A DNA stretch of 64,000 bases, from positions 682,001 to 746,000 of the forward strand of contig JAUFOQ010000016.1 of NCBI GenBank assembly GCA_040285855.1, given 5' to 3'. Below are positions 1 to 11,839 of this stretch, piece after piece. Numbering within the stretch: position 1 is the stretch's first letter; each line of letters starts with the position of its first letter. The position numbers and the translations under genes were made by a program. This DNA is from Eukaryota sp. GEM-RC1 (lineage: Eukaryota). The notes beneath the pieces were generated by a model that did not search any database, had not been told where the DNA came from, and saw only the letters and a list, made by a program, of their open reading frames with translations.

Positions 1-338
1 GATTCTACTTGAAGAACATGTTCCTTCAAAATCTGGAGACTTTGACTGAGATTATCGTAGTCGGAAGCGTCAATGACAAAGACAATGATAGACGCGGTAC
101 TGTAATACTGCCTCCAATGGAACCGAAAAGGTTTAGCGCCGGACATATCAAGGAGATTGAAAGGAACGTTTTCTATGCGAGCTGTCTCACTGTGAATACC
201 AATCGTGGGCACAGACTCTAGAGCAGGAAAATCAGAATCTTGGTGGACAAGACGGCGAATAAGAGTCGTTTTTCCAGCATTAGTGTTTCCACAGACAACA
301 ATGTCTTTGGGTTTGGGTTTGGAGCCGAAACAGCCCAT
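1..338 (-). CDS. Arf-like small GTPase, ARL6/BBS3-like (3' end outside window; absent from ORF track)
   Basis: Manual translation: MGCFGSKPKPKDIVVCGNTNAGKTTLIRRL...VPTIG...LLDMSGAKPFRFHWRQYYSTASIIVFVIDASD. G1, G2 and G3 motifs are present, and DMSG is typical of ARL6. Confidence 0.85.
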   Translation of the reverse strand, partial: MGCFGSKPKPKDIVVCGNTNAGKTTLIRRLVHQDSDFPALESVPTIGIHSETARIENVPFNLLDMSGAKPFRFHWRQYYSTASIIVFVIDASDYDNLSQSLQILKEHVLQVE

Positions 339-391
339 GTATCTACAAGAAACTAGAACTGGAAGATTGTCCGTCAAAAGTTTTCTCCCAA

Positions 392-1090
392 ATGGATTTA
401 TGTCAGCAATGCTTTTCTCTGCTTTCGACACAGTATTCTCTGCCATCTGATCATTATAAACGCTTCAAGACTTTTTCTGTTCTAGAGACCAAAATATCTG
501 ATTCTCAGAAGCTTTTCCTTCAGCAAATGAAGTGTTTGGCTGAGTCTTGTCAGTATATAGATTCTATTTCATCATACTCCATTCCTGAACATCGATTATT
601 TTCATCAAAAGTTGTTCCGCTGATACATAATATGATTTATCCTTCCTCATCCTCTTCAGTTACTCCTAATTTCTTACACTCTCTAATTGTAACTACTCAT
701 ACATCCTTGGATATGCTAGAATCCATATTATTTAGAATAGGCCAATTTCTATTTTCTTACTGTATTGAATGTTCTCCCCCTGTAGATACCTTTCTCCTTT
801 GCCACAGCGTTCTTTCTTTAGTTTTACAGCTAGTATCTGTTGTTCTTTCCGATTCTCCATCAGAATTATCACGTGCAGGAATTCGCTCTTCGAGTCATCT
901 TTTGATACTATTATGGTGTGGGGAAGTAGCTCTGAAAGGTTTTAGTCTATTCAGCGATAATCATTTATTCTCCTTGTCTTTAAACTCCCTACAATTGTAT
1001 CTCAAGTACGCCAACCTTGCTGAAAACGGAGCTGATACTAGCTATGGAGAACGGTTGATGAGTGAGCTTTTGGATTTGGATTGTACGTAG
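392..1090 (+). CDS. Hypothetical protein (232 aa)
   Basis: Uninterrupted ATG ORF, divergent from the GTPase with a 53-bp gap; no recognised motif. Confidence 0.6.
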   Translation: MDLCQQCFSLLSTQYSLPSDHYKRFKTFSVLETKISDSQKLFLQQMKCLAESCQYIDSISSYSIPEHRLFSSKVVPLIHNMIYPSSSSSVTPNFLHSLIVTTHTSLDMLESILFRIGQFLFSYCIECSPPVDTFLLCHSVLSLVLQLVSVVLSDSPSELSRAGIRSSSHLLILLWCGEVALKGFSLFSDNHLFSLSLNSLQLYLKYANLAENGADTSYGERLMSELLDLDCT

Positions 1091-1237
1091 GTTTGTTGTA
1101 CAGAATGAAATCTGTACAGAGATATTTAAATAATGTAATTTTAAATATTTGGTCTATGTTTGTGTGTAGTTCACACATAACAACTAACTAGAGTTCCTTG
1201 GATAAACAACATTGCTTCTAATAAAACACATAGTTGT

Positions 1238-1567
1238 CTACCTGAAATCACTTTCATCTAGATCATCTTCAATTGCAGCAAGCTGTTCCTGTTCTAAAAC
1301 ATAACTATTCCACACTTCTTCCAGTTCGAGAATCATAGTAGTAGCTTGATCGTGAGAGAGTTGATCTATGATGGAAAGACAGTCTCGTATTTCAGGCTGA
1401 AGACATAGATTATTGAATGTTAATTGACGTTTTTGAGCAATAAGATTAGCACGGGCTTTGTTGATACGAGAAAAGAATCTAGTGCGAGTATTGAGTTGTG
1501 TTGGGGATAAGCAGCTCGGTGGCGACCTGGCTGCTGGTGGCGAATTGAAGGTCCAACCATTTGGCAT
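1238..1567 (-). CDS. Small hypothetical protein (~109 aa; weak resemblance to the RPA-interacting protein N-terminus)
   Basis: The first in-frame ATG is at 1567 (the track start is TTG). A basic helix FFSRINKARANL is followed by an acidic helical C-terminus. Confidence 0.45.
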   Translation of the reverse strand: MPNGWTFNSPPAARSPPSCLSPTQLNTRTRFFSRINKARANLIAQKRQLTFNNLCLQPEIRDCLSIIDQLSHDQATTMILELEEVWNSYVLEQEQLAAIEDDLDESDFR

Positions 1568-1594
1568 TGAGGAACAGAAGAATTTGATGAGTTC

Positions 1595-3267
1595 ATGCTC
1601 TCGATTACCAAGCTCAAAACTGATCAGCCTCCTTTCAATGCTAGCCAATTAGCAGACCATCTACGTGTGCGAATTACTGTTCATTCTTTTAAGGACAAGT
1701 TACCTAAAGATTGTCATCCATCGGTTTTGTCTAAACCTGCTGTCCTCAGCCAGTCTTGTGAAGGGTTTGAATGGCCAGACGATGACAAGCTTCCTCTTTC
1801 CTTCAATTCTGACTCTCACTCTCTTCTTACACACAACCATCGTTTTCTTTTTGAACTAGTCGTCCAAGATGCTTTTCTTCCTACCCCTGTGGCTGTTGAT
1901 TTTCCTTCAACAAAGGGTTGGACCATTCTAGCATGGTCTTTTTTTCAATTACGCCCAAATCATCCATCAACATCCAACATTCTTTCTTCTACACTGTGTC
2001 TCCAACTCTATGCTGCTCCCTTAGTCTCTCCTATCCTTTGTTTGCCAGCTCCTCCACCTTCCGTTCTCAGATGGAGTGAATCTCCCAAGAAGTTCCTCTC
2101 ATCTCTACTCTTACCCCACTCTTCTCTCTCTTTCTGCTTTTCCTCTCTTTCCCCATCTTCTGCTAGAAAACCTCTTCCATTACCCAAAAATCTCTCTCGA
2201 ACTTCTTCTCTCACTGCTTCATCATTAGCTCAACAATCTGCATTCTCCCCCACTCTTCTCTCTCTTCTTTCCACCTACGCATCCCGACCCTATCTTCCCT
2301 CCTGGTGCTCCCCCTCTTCCTTCACCTCATCCCCTCTCACTGTTCCTCTTTCTTCCTATGGTTGCAGTGCTTCGTTATTCTCTTCTTGTGGAAGGTTTCT
2401 TATCCTTGGATTAACTGGAGTTTGTTGTCCAATTGTTATTTTAGAAGCTTATAATTTTTCTAAATTGTTGGAATTACCTGGTCATTTCAGTATCATTACT
2501 GACATTTGCTACACTACAGCTAAGAACACCTTTATCATTGTTTCTTGTGCTTCTGACGGATCTCTCAATGTCTACAGGTTTAAAGAAAGTAATAACAGTT
2601 TCTCAATCAAAAGTGATAGCTATCAACACGAAGTAGGGATCACGTCAGTCACAGTCCTTCAGAATCCAGACGAACCTGCCTTTTTGATTGCAATCACTGA
2701 TGAAAATGGCAGAATTCCTCTTTTGAGATTTAATGGCAAATCAATTAGTCTTTTCTCTGCAGATACTGACGAATCTCCCTACTTTAATAACAGTTGCTGT
2801 GTTTCAGGTAGTGCTCTCGTCTCTAGTACTTCTAAAGGGGCTGTGATCATTTGGAAGATATTACCAGAAGGAAAGTTTGTTGATGAGGTGATTCAGACTA
2901 ATGATTGTGATCATTTTGATCTTAGTCATGTTTCAAGTCAACGGTTGTCAAACCATGTTCTTGTGACTTCTGTTGACAGTGGGGTTTGTTTTTTGATTGA
3001 TATTCCGAATAGAATTATTCTGCAACGGTTTGATCTTCATTCTGGATCTCTCCCTTGTCTTTCACCTGATAGGAATTGGTTGTATTTGCAATCAAGGGAT
3101 GGGTTCAATCAATTTTGATTGAATCAGGTGAGAAAAAGAAAATTGTTCAAGTTTTTGATGTCGGTCCAAACTCACGTATTTGCCATCATCCACTGTGGCA
3201 TTGTTTAGTAGTTTCTGGCACTGACCTTAGTTCTGTGAGTATATTTAGTGGTAATGATTCTCAGTGA
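1595..3267 (+). CDS. AHI1: Jouberin/AHI1-like ciliary transition-zone protein (C2-like region + WD40); one indel near 3102
   Basis: LFELV...GWTILAWSFFQL...LCLQLY and GCSASLFSSCGRFL...ELPGHFSIITDICY parallel AHI1 motifs. The frame continues into the 3076-3267 ORF after a G-run. Confidence 0.7.
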
Positions 3268-3769
3268 AGGAATTAGTGTTAAATGGTGGTTTCAGTAGAC
3301 TGCATGTGTATTCTAAGTGTCTTTTTCGTTCTAGACTTTGCCCTCACTACTGTCTTGAGGTGAAGTTTTTCAAGAACAACAAGCTAATTGGTTGTCATGC
3401 CCCATGATTAACATTCTGTTTGATTGAGTTTAAATGAACTAGTTATTGTGGCACTGTGATCCATTGTTGATCTTGATTGTACTTAACTCTTATATTATTT
3501 TGCCTCCTAAAGAATAAGGTTAAATTAATCAGCAACAGTGAGCTTTAACATGAGATTGGATCGAAAATTACTTCCTCTTTTTTTCTTGATTACCCAGATA
3601 ATGATACTGAACAAATGTCGAATAAACATCACATCATCGTCTTGTTGCATTTAAAACGCTGATGTAGTGTATTGGAACAAAAAATGAAGAACAGTATAGG
3701 TTTGACTATTACCAGTACGACTGTCTCAATTGTAAGAGTATCTTAACATAAAGGAGGGGAATACGTGAA

Positions 3770-3900
3770 AAAATGATCTACATGTACCAGAATCAATCCA
3801 GATCATACTTGGACATACGTCATGTGGTCATGACAAACAAGGTTTAAAGTGTTGCCATAACATTGCACATGTACTGTTTTTTCTTTGTGTAGTCACATAT
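3770..3900 (+). mobile_element. MULE transposase relic (SWIM zinc finger)
   Basis: Translates to ...SCGHDKQGLKCCHNIAHVL (decayed CxC...CxH) in a stop-ridden context. Confidence 0.4.
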
Positions 3901-4263
3901 GTTTAGGGTGGTCACCGGGTGATATTAAAGAACGAGACATAAGTTGTGGTCAAAAACAACTTTATACACCAATTGAGATGACACTAGAAGTACTGTAGCA
4001 GAGTGTGAATGAACTAACTAAAGATGATGTACCATTTGTCCGGTTGGGACAAATAGTCCTTGAAAAATCAATGTACAGTATTCAGGATACTTTGAAAAAC
4101 AAAGTATGTTTGACTCCAGGAAGTCATGAATTGAAGGTAACAAACTCAACATTTTCCACCCAGTTCCACCCAGACGCCACCCGCGTGGAATCAGAATCAT
4201 TCGGGACGTTTTCAAGCACCGGTTTGTGGTTCAAAATTTTGAAAACCAAACTTAGCTATTGTC

Positions 4264-6183
4264 ATGTCTTTAAAGCCACATCTTGTAACACATTCAGCCC
4301 CCCGTCATGTCCGTCTTTCGAGGCCTAGTCCACCACAGAGTGCCTTTCAAATTCCTTCCTCTCAACTTTGTCGATCACTTAGAGGCCATCGCAAGCAGCA
4401 ACATCTCACCGATTCCACCATTGTTTTTGGTGAAGAAACTTACACGTGTCACTCAACCGTTATATCTCTCTTCAACGATGTTCTTGCTTCCAAAGTAATG
4501 AACTCCTCGTCCCATCAAGCTTTTGCCCTCCTTGAACAACTTCTTCCTGATCCCTCTTTATTCATTACTGTTCTAAACTCTTTCTATGGTGGATCTGTTC
4601 CTTGTACGGAGGATAACTTTCACTTACTACGTACCATTGCATTGTCTCTAAAGTACCAGAAACTGGAGGAATTCATTCAAAAGGTTCTAAAGTCTGGTTT
4701 CAAGTCGTGTCAGTTTCAACTCGAGTCTAATGTAATTACATCTGAATTAGTTAAATCGGCTGTGAGAGATGTGTCTTTAAGTTACAAGAAAACTACAGTC
4801 AGAATTAATTCCTTGCTTTTAAGTTGTTTTTCAGACTATTTTAGGAATCTATTCAATAGCCAATTTCTAGACTCTGCTACTAGAAATTTTAAATATTCAA
4901 ATGAGTTTCCCGGTGTTGAAGGAGATGTTTTTGTTGAATTCTTCAAAGCAGCTCTTTGTGAATCGATATCAATATCCCCTGTGTATGTCCTAAGTTTCTA
5001 TCAGTTATCTGTCTATTTTCAAGTAGAAGGACTTCAAAAGGTTTGTCTGGACTTTATTAATAAGTCATCTTTTAGTAAACCTCAATTGTATCGATTACTA
5101 TCAACTGCCAATGAACGTGGATTATTTCATTTTATTCAATCAAATGTTAATATTTGGAAGTCTAGTACAATTTCACATGTAAAACCAATTCCTCTTGATA
5201 CTCAACTTTTCGAATCACTTACTAGAGTTCTTGGTCATCAATGGTTAACACGTTGCCTGGTTTTAACAGCAACCACGACTGAAGTTAATTCAACAGAAGT
5301 TAGTGAAATTTTGTCTATTCTCAACGTTAACAGTTTATCTATATTGTTTGAAATTCTACAACCTCTTTTTAAAAATCAGTCTTTCGAATTAGTCATGATG
5401 AATTATTCTTTTCAACTCTTCCAATCCTGCAGTTCTATTGAGTCTATACCTCGCGAATGGTTTCTGTGGACGTTTAAAGCTTTTGACAAAAACCAACGTC
5501 TAAATGAATTAACATTCTTAGTTAAAATGTTTACTAAAGTTTTCCCTGAGATTGAGGTTTGTCCAAATGATTTTTCCCAGTTATCCCCAAAGACTTTTGA
5601 ACTTCTTGCCACAGAATTAAATCAAACCTACAGTCTTTGGCTTTTAGAGCAATTGGTTAATAGCTATCAAAGCAATCAGTTTAATCACTGGACAGTTGAT
5701 GAGTTTAAAGCTTGTATCAAATCATTTGACTTATCATTGTCTGATCCAGTTAAATTTATTGATATTTTACAAAAATTGAAAAACGATCAAGCATTGTCAA
5801 AATTCCTAAACGATTTTTATGTTCAAAATCTTCCAATAATTTCAAATTTTCAACAAGTCAAGATTTCTTCATTGGAACAGGAGTTAGACTCTCAGAAAAA
5901 ACTAACTACTAGACTAGAAGAATCAGTGAAGCTATTAGAAACTCAAGTTGGGGATATTTCTTTGAAATTCCAAGAAAGTCAGCAGCAGATCAACAACTCT
6001 TTCCCGGGGCAAAGCGTTGTCGTTCCCAGAACAGTCCTTCCCCACTATCCTTGCCAACAAGAAAGTCAGAAGCAGAGGCCAAGATTGGTCAGTCACCGTC
6101 CAAAAAGTCCCTCCTCTATAATTACTAGTGGTAGTAGTGAGTGGGAGGAAGTCGAAGACGAGTCATCAGACGATGAAATGTAA
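4264..6183 (+). CDS. Tandem BTB/POZ-domain protein with C-terminal coiled coil
   Basis: Two BTB-like units (TDSTIVFGEETYTCHSTVIS; RDVSLSYKKTTVRINSLLLSCFSDYFRNLF...LSVYFQVEGLQKVC). Confidence 0.8.
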   Translation: MSLKPHLVTHSAPRHVRLSRPSPPQSAFQIPSSQLCRSLRGHRKQQHLTDSTIVFGEETYTCHSTVISLFNDVLASKVMNSSSHQAFALLEQLLPDPSLFITVLNSFYGGSVPCTEDNFHLLRTIALSLKYQKLEEFIQKVLKSGFKSCQFQLESNVITSELVKSAVRDVSLSYKKTTVRINSLLLSCFSDYFRNLFNSQFLDSATRNFKYSNEFPGVEGDVFVEFFKAALCESISISPVYVLSFYQLSVYFQVEGLQKVCLDFINKSSFSKPQLYRLLSTANERGLFHFIQSNVNIWKSSTISHVKPIPLDTQLFESLTRVLGHQWLTRCLVLTATTTEVNSTEVSEILSILNVNSLSILFEILQPLFKNQSFELVMMNYSFQLFQSCSSIESIPREWFLWTFKAFDKNQRLNELTFLVKMFTKVFPEIEVCPNDFSQLSPKTFELLATELNQTYSLWLLEQLVNSYQSNQFNHWTVDEFKACIKSFDLSLSDPVKFIDILQKLKNDQALSKFLNDFYVQNLPIISNFQQVKISSLEQELDSQKKLTTRLEESVKLLETQVGDISLKFQESQQQINNSFPGQSVVVPRTVLPHYPCQQESQKQRPRLVSHRPKSPSSIITSGSSEWEEVEDESSDDEM

Positions 6184-6303
6184 TAACCCAGGCATATCGG
6201 TATTCATTCACGAAAGAAATGGCGAAACGATCACATAAGGACTTTAGCGAACTTCATCTTTAAAGAGTTTCAAAGACAGTAAATAGATAGTTATAAATCT
6301 CAA

Positions 6304-7919
6304 TCACAATTCTTTTAGAGCTACGACTTTCCAAAGAGCTCCACCACACGAACATGATTTAACAGGATTCCCTTTAATATGTTTAATCTTTTCTTGACAC
6401 CTTCCACATTTGATAAAACAAACCTTTACACTTTCCTTTTTCGGTTTAACATGATGACGTTCTTTTGACAGACATCTACATTAAAATAATGAGCATTACA
6501 AGTAGCACAAAAGAAAGCCCTATTTTCAAAAATAAAAGTTTGTGAAAGTTTCTCATCGATGGCTTCGTTGCGTTCCAAATTATTTAAATAATTGTCCAAC
6601 GCCTTGCTTTCAATCACATCTAATTGTTCATGACGAGAAGTCTTCGCATTTCTGAGCTTATCACGTTCCTCCTGTGATAGAGTACCAAACAATTCATCAA
6701 CCTTTTGACTTTCCCTTTTCAATTTCAAATGAGGAAGTCTACTTTGATATCTTTCTTTTGTTAGAGAAGAGACTGGAGCAGCAAAGGATCACGTGAAGCT
6801 TCTGAATCACGATCTTGTTTGATTATTCGAGCTACATCAGCTACTCTGCGTTTCTGACCCCCTTGAGCTGTACTTGCCAAATCAAGATCGTGATTGTCAC
6901 TTTTTGATTGTTTTGTTTCTCTAATTTCTTTTCCTTCTGATTTGCGCAGAAGTCCTGGTCCAAGAGAAGGAATTCCCTTGAACCCTAATGAGCTCAACAA
7001 AGGGTCAGAATTGTCACGTGACGATGCCGGATTGGCCAACGACGCTCGACTGGCTTTGTTGACTTTTTTTACTGTTTCTAAATTCTTTTGAGCTGATTGC
7101 AGTTGAGCCCTACTTTTCTTGACATCCTTAAGCTGATGACGTTTACAGTATTTGTCCGTAGTCTTATTGATCATTGCTTCACAGGCAGGCTGACTGCAAA
7201 AGCCAAAATCAATCGACATTCCTAAATTAATTAAATTATCTCTATCATTTAAAAATCATTCCATCACTTAACTTAGAATTCGCCATTCCAGATTTTGATT
7301 GACCAAGACACGTCATCAAAATAACACTGCCACGTGACACTTGGAGAGCATAAGTGATTAGCATTTGATCGAACATCATAATGTATGCAGAAGTGCCTTT
7401 AAAATCAGATAGTTGCCATCGAAGATATTGTTTGCCTGCCTTGCTGGTCTTAACAGAATTACCACCAGCAAGAATGCCAATAAGACTAATAGCAGAAGTA
7501 GATTCGTTTGGTAGAGAAGTGGGCGAGTGGATAGTAGAAGAGAGACGACGAGTGAGTTCAGCATTGGAGATCAAGAGGTTTGAGACGTTGATAGTGAAGT
7601 CACAAGATGTTATGTGAGTTTTAAAGGTGGATGAAGATTTAGAAGAAGAGTTTCCTAGTCCGAAATGTGAAAGGCTGTTTAGTGATGAGTTAGGGGATGA
7701 AAGAGGTCGACTTCGAGGAGTAGTTAAGGAAGGTGGGGATCTAAGAGTTGTTGACTGCTTAGGATGTGTCAGTTGTGAAGGAAGTCTGGGTTTACAACTA
7801 TTGAACTTTGAGATGGAGTCTTTCAAAGTCAGAACTGGTTTGGTGGAAAGAGCAGGTTTGGTGGGAAGCAGGGGTGTGGTAACATCGTCATCCAAATCTT
7901 GAAGACATGATAGATCCAT
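6304..7919 (-). CDS. MCM10: MCM10 replication factor; three single-base indels (~7253, ~6783, ~6464)
   Basis: OB fold KTSKAGKQYLRWQLSDF, CCCH finger LGMSIDFGFC...C...INK...YCKRH, and C-terminal zinc motifs FFCATC...HHVKP...KCGRC...SCSCG after frame repair. Confidence 0.8.
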
Positions 7920-7959
7920 CAGTTCTTCGTTGTGTGCAAAGATAAACAGACCTGATTAA

Positions 7960-8340
7960 ATGTATTTACTAATACATGTACTATTTTTGGAGTGGAGGTT
8001 CATTGTTTTGTCCAACATTGTACTGTTCCAATTTGCTTCTGGATCTTCTAATCGTTTAGAAGTACAATCTGTGGGTTTTTGGGCCCTTTATCATGGTTAT
8101 GTATCGTATCAGCCATTCGTTAAATGAACTGTGAGTCAAAGACGTTACTATTGCTGGTTTAGTGCGATTCCTGTGCTTCTAATACAGCATTGTCATTTGG
8201 GACAGAGGTGGTCAGCAAACGAGGTCCCCTAATAAGTGTGATAATCGTGATTTTGATATTATGAGCTGTATTTTAACGACAGAATGTAAGTCGACAGTAA
8301 CTGTAAAAATATCACATTGGTTTATCATGTTCAAAATAGT
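7960..8340. repeat. Dispersed repeat, diverged copy of the interior of the 53346-53911 element
   Basis: Collinear similarity to ~53435-53800 (caatctgtgg...ccctttatcat...cacattgg). Confidence 0.7.
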
Positions 8341-9130
8341 ACAATCAACTCTCAATAAGTCGAACCTCTCGAGTACTCGATCATTAGTATCTCATACAAG
8401 TTTGCATGAAAATTCGAGTTATCGAGAGATTTTGCAATTGCTTTACACGATTCATATAGAACAATAAACACATTTTCAAGCACTATTGATATGCACTTCT
8501 ATAATTTAAGTGTAAAAAGTGTAAAAACACATCATTCTATCTCTTTTCAATACATTCAAGTCGTCATAAGCAGAAACTTATACAAAGATTGGATGAACAA
8601 AAAAGAATTAATGCTAAATACACCTGCCGTGGCCTTGGTGTTTGAGCTAAAGAGCAGAATCTCCAACAACAGCCGCACTCAATATCCACAATAAGTGAAA
8701 TCGTGAAACATAAAGCAAACAACGATGTTGGTAGCTCCAAATACGAAGAGATGACGTCATAAACAGTAGGAAGGGATCGATGATGCTGTAAATGAATGTT
8801 CACGTAAATATCATAAAAAATAAATCATATTTGTATCAGCGGCCTGATTTCTAATTTGATATTGAGGAAATAACTGAAGCAGCAATGAGTGACGAACAAA
8901 TTGTGGCTTCCACTAGGCCCATTGAAACAATAAGTATTTCTATGAAATCGTTGAAGAACTAAATGAAGTTGTGAACGCTTACAGTTCATCTGCTAAGCGA
9001 GGAGCACTGATGGCTGTAGAATACTGGCTCACGTATCAGCAAGATGTTGCGTGAAAAAACTTGTCGTTATAGTCTGTGTGAAAAGAATATACATAGACTT
9101 TGGCTCAACAATGAGGAAAGCAAAAGCCAA
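8340..9130 (+). mobile_element. pogo/Tigger-like DNA transposon relic
   Basis: The terminus TA-CAATCAACTCTCAATAAGTCGAAC resembles pogo TIRs. Downstream remnants (EEITEAAMSDEQIVAS...ALMAVEYWL) resemble the Tigger C-terminus. Confidence 0.4.
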
Positions 9131-9329
9131 CCCCAGACACCGCTATTAGAAGAAGCTTATCAGTGAGTAAGATGTTGAATGTAGGACCTGTATGGAAGAA
9201 CCAGAATAATGAATAGAATAATAATAATAAATACTAAAGTTGAATCGGATAAACAAGCTGTTGTTCATTGAAAAGATAGATATGTTGATATAGTTTAAAT
9301 ATAAAGGCCAATGGCTTTCTGATACAAGA

Positions 9330-10095
9330 CTCGAACGTTATCATCTACTTAGACGACACAAACGTCGCAACCGAATCCTTCGACACCCTCCTTGAAACTT
9401 TAAACAAAATTTTCGAACTGTCCAGATTCCACCGTGTAAGATTCGGTCTTACGAAATGTGCTTTTGTAACCAGTACTGACCCAATCAAGATTCTGGGCGC
9501 TGTCTTCCAAAACAAACACCGATACTTTGACCCGGACAGGATCTCAGCCATCTCAAATCTCCCAATTCCCACAACTATCGGTGAACTACGCTCTTTCATC
9601 GGATTAATCAACTACTTGAGAGATTGGATCCCTGAATCTCCGGCTTAGTCCAACCCCTTTCTAACTTAACTAGAAAGGACAAAACGGACAAACGTTGTTT
9701 TAAAACTAAGTTGAACTCTTCCCACACAAAGAACTTCATCAGAATCAAGCAACTCATCTCCTGCAACTTGGCACTCCCTGACGACAACTCCAAAACCATC
9801 ATCTCCACGGACGCTTCAGACACAGCTATATCCGTTGTAGTCTGGAAGAAACTCAATGGTCAATGTTGAACCACTCAACGCAATCCGCAAAACCGAAGCT
9901 TTTAGAAGCTATCGTAAGGCTTAATTGTATGTAGTTGTGCTCTTACTCGTATTTCTACTTTATTTTAAAGACTTGGTAGTCTTGAAGAAAGAAAGACCAA
10001 TGTTATGAGAAACACGAGTGTTACACAGCATTCATTTAATTTATACCTAACCTTTTCTTGGTCACATAAACTACTATTTGCTATAATTGGCATCA
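9330..10095 (+). mobile_element. Decayed Ty3/gypsy fragment (RT/RNase H remnant, PPT, putative 95-bp 3' LTR at 10001-10095)
   Basis: IIYLDDT...RVRFGLTKC...IKILG...ELRSFIGLINYLRDWIP and IISTDASD parallel the 59.8-64 kb element. A purine tract is followed by TGTTA...TGGCATCA. Confidence 0.75.
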
Positions 10096-10102
10096 CAAAC
10101 AA

Positions 10103-10230
10103 TGTGATGAAGCCAAAAGTAAGTTTTGGTCACGATATGTGTTTGCTATTGACATACAATTGCTTGAGAAGTGGCCTCGCTACACAGATTACATTCTGCT
10201 CTTCTTGTCAATTTGCCTCTTGCACTCGAC
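10103..10230. repeat. ~125-bp dispersed repeat (second copy at 17950-18073), possible solo LTR
   Basis: TGTGATGAAGCCAAAAGTAAGTTTTGGTCACGATATG...GCACTCGAC is shared; the 17950 copy has TG...CA ends. Confidence 0.75.
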
Positions 10231-10259
10231 GAGTGAGCAAGAAAGAATTGGGTTGAAAT

Positions 10260-10553
10260 GTGTTGAAAGAATCTGTTGTTTTACACAGAGATTTAGCCCC
10301 TGGAATGGCCATCACCATTGAAGCTGGTTTCTACTTCATTGATGCTTTCTTAGTAGATGCCTTTGGTAACTCTGAAGTTGCTCAGTATCTTAACAAGGAT
10401 AAGATTGATGAGTATCACCATATTGGAGGCGTACGGTTGGAAGATGATCTTGTTATCACTAGTTCTGGTTATGAGAACTTGACTAAGCATATCCCTAAGT
10501 CTGTTGAGGAGGTGGAAGCTTTCTGTGGTGGTGCTAGATCTGTTGAGTTTTAA
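10260..10553 (+). pseudogene. PEPD: Orphan C-terminal fragment of Xaa-Pro dipeptidase (prolidase, M24B)
   Basis: RDLAPGMAITIEAGFYF...GGVRLEDDLVITSSGYENLT...PKSVEEVE; upstream sequence is repeat-derived. Confidence 0.8.
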
Positions 10554-10749
10554 ATTGTTCTTTGTATTGTGAATTTTGTATGGACCATTGTATAAACTAA
10601 ATTGTACCGATTATATACTACAGTAATTAGTAAAATCTTGGATGGGTCTATTGTCACAATTCGAGTGGAACCCAAACTGTTATATCTAAACAACAGATAC
10701 ATCTAAAACTAAAAATTACGCAATAAATAAATTCCATCTACTCTGCTTC

Positions 10750-11020
10750 GTGAGTTGAGTCGAGTCCACTCAAAGCCTTTATTAAATACCATTTAAAATA
10801 CACCAGTTTATGACTGTTGTCAGCTACGTTTGTAAATAATAGAGCGAAATTGAGACAACAATTTGAGTAGCCCTCTAAATATGACTTAGAAGTCGAACTC
10901 AGTCCACTGCGCTCATAAGTCGAGTCGAGTCGACTACAACATTTGTTGGGTGGAGTCGAGTCGACTCAAATGAATTTCAAGTTGAGTCGAGTCGTACACA
11001 AGTCTATCTATAAGGGACCT
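10750..11020. repeat. AGTCG-pentamer-rich MITE-like remnant
   Basis: Clusters of (AGTCG)n; weak inverted ends near 10868 and 11019; no clear TSD. Confidence 0.4.
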
Positions 11021-11224
11021 AAAGAGGAAGATGATTCTGATGAAGATTTAATACAGCGTATCAAATTCTACAAAAATGAATTCAATAATGTAGATTGTCA
11101 AGGTGAAAACCCGGATTTCCTCAAATTGATGATCATTTTCATGTGATTATTCAGTCATCAGAGACTATGAAAAAACTACCCAAGCTAAATAGCTTTTGTG
11201 TTTCAGAAGAACATAATAACTACA

Positions 11225-11340
11225 TCACAAAGTTGTATAAAAACTGTGGTACTGTTGACCAGGAATTTTCGGTGTCTAATGTTTCATAGCTTTTATTATG
11301 ATAGGTATTTTTGTACCCCCCATCAATAAACTGTATTTTT
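11225..11340 (-). repeat. ~115-bp dispersed repeat (second copy at ~46665-46775), possible Merlin/ISXO2-like transposase remnant
   Basis: Direct nucleotide similarity between the copies. The minus strand of the 46.7-kb copy gives QFIDGG...HETLDIENSWS; family assignment is tentative. Confidence 0.55.
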
Positions 11341-11839
11341 TTACTACATCATATTCTTATACATTAATCACTTTTTTAAAATTGTTTACTTCAATCAATA
11401 ATTGATTTTGATTGATTTTGGCTCTCACGAAATGAGTTATTGAAGTGATCAACAAACTCAAAAAACAGACATAATGATCGTATGTTGACCTATACATGTT
11501 ACGTGTTCGGTTTCAAGAACAAGACAAGAGAACAAGACTGAATACTCGCGTTCTTGAACTCAGGTAATGAAAATAAAAGCTCGTTCTACTCACCGGTTCC
11601 ATTAAAGAAGATATCTTGACTTCCAAGCAGCAAGCACGATAAAAGATTTAGATAAAAGAAGAGATTGTCAGTGAGAAAGGAGAGATCTTTGAGAAGCTGG
11701 GTTGTATTCTTGAGGATGGCAGAACTGACATCGAAATTGAGGTTTGGATTCGAGATAAGGAAGTTCATTCGACAGAAGTTGACTAATTGTCAAGAGTAGT
11801 CGTGAGTCTTGTCTATATTGGACAGCACTGACGGAAAAG

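Noticed and set aside
9..450. Plus-strand ORFs 9-221 and 205-450
   Set aside because: Mostly antisense shadows of the minus-strand GTPase.
7222..7267. 46-nt GT-AG intron in MCM10
   Set aside because: It is purine-rich, longer than the other introns and a poor YTNAY fit. A one-base T-run correction keeps a segment that fits MCM10 (NDRDNLINLGMSIDFG).
9345..9856. Minus-strand ORFs 9345-9611 and 9608-9856
   Set aside because: Antisense to the plus-strand RT/RNase H remnant.
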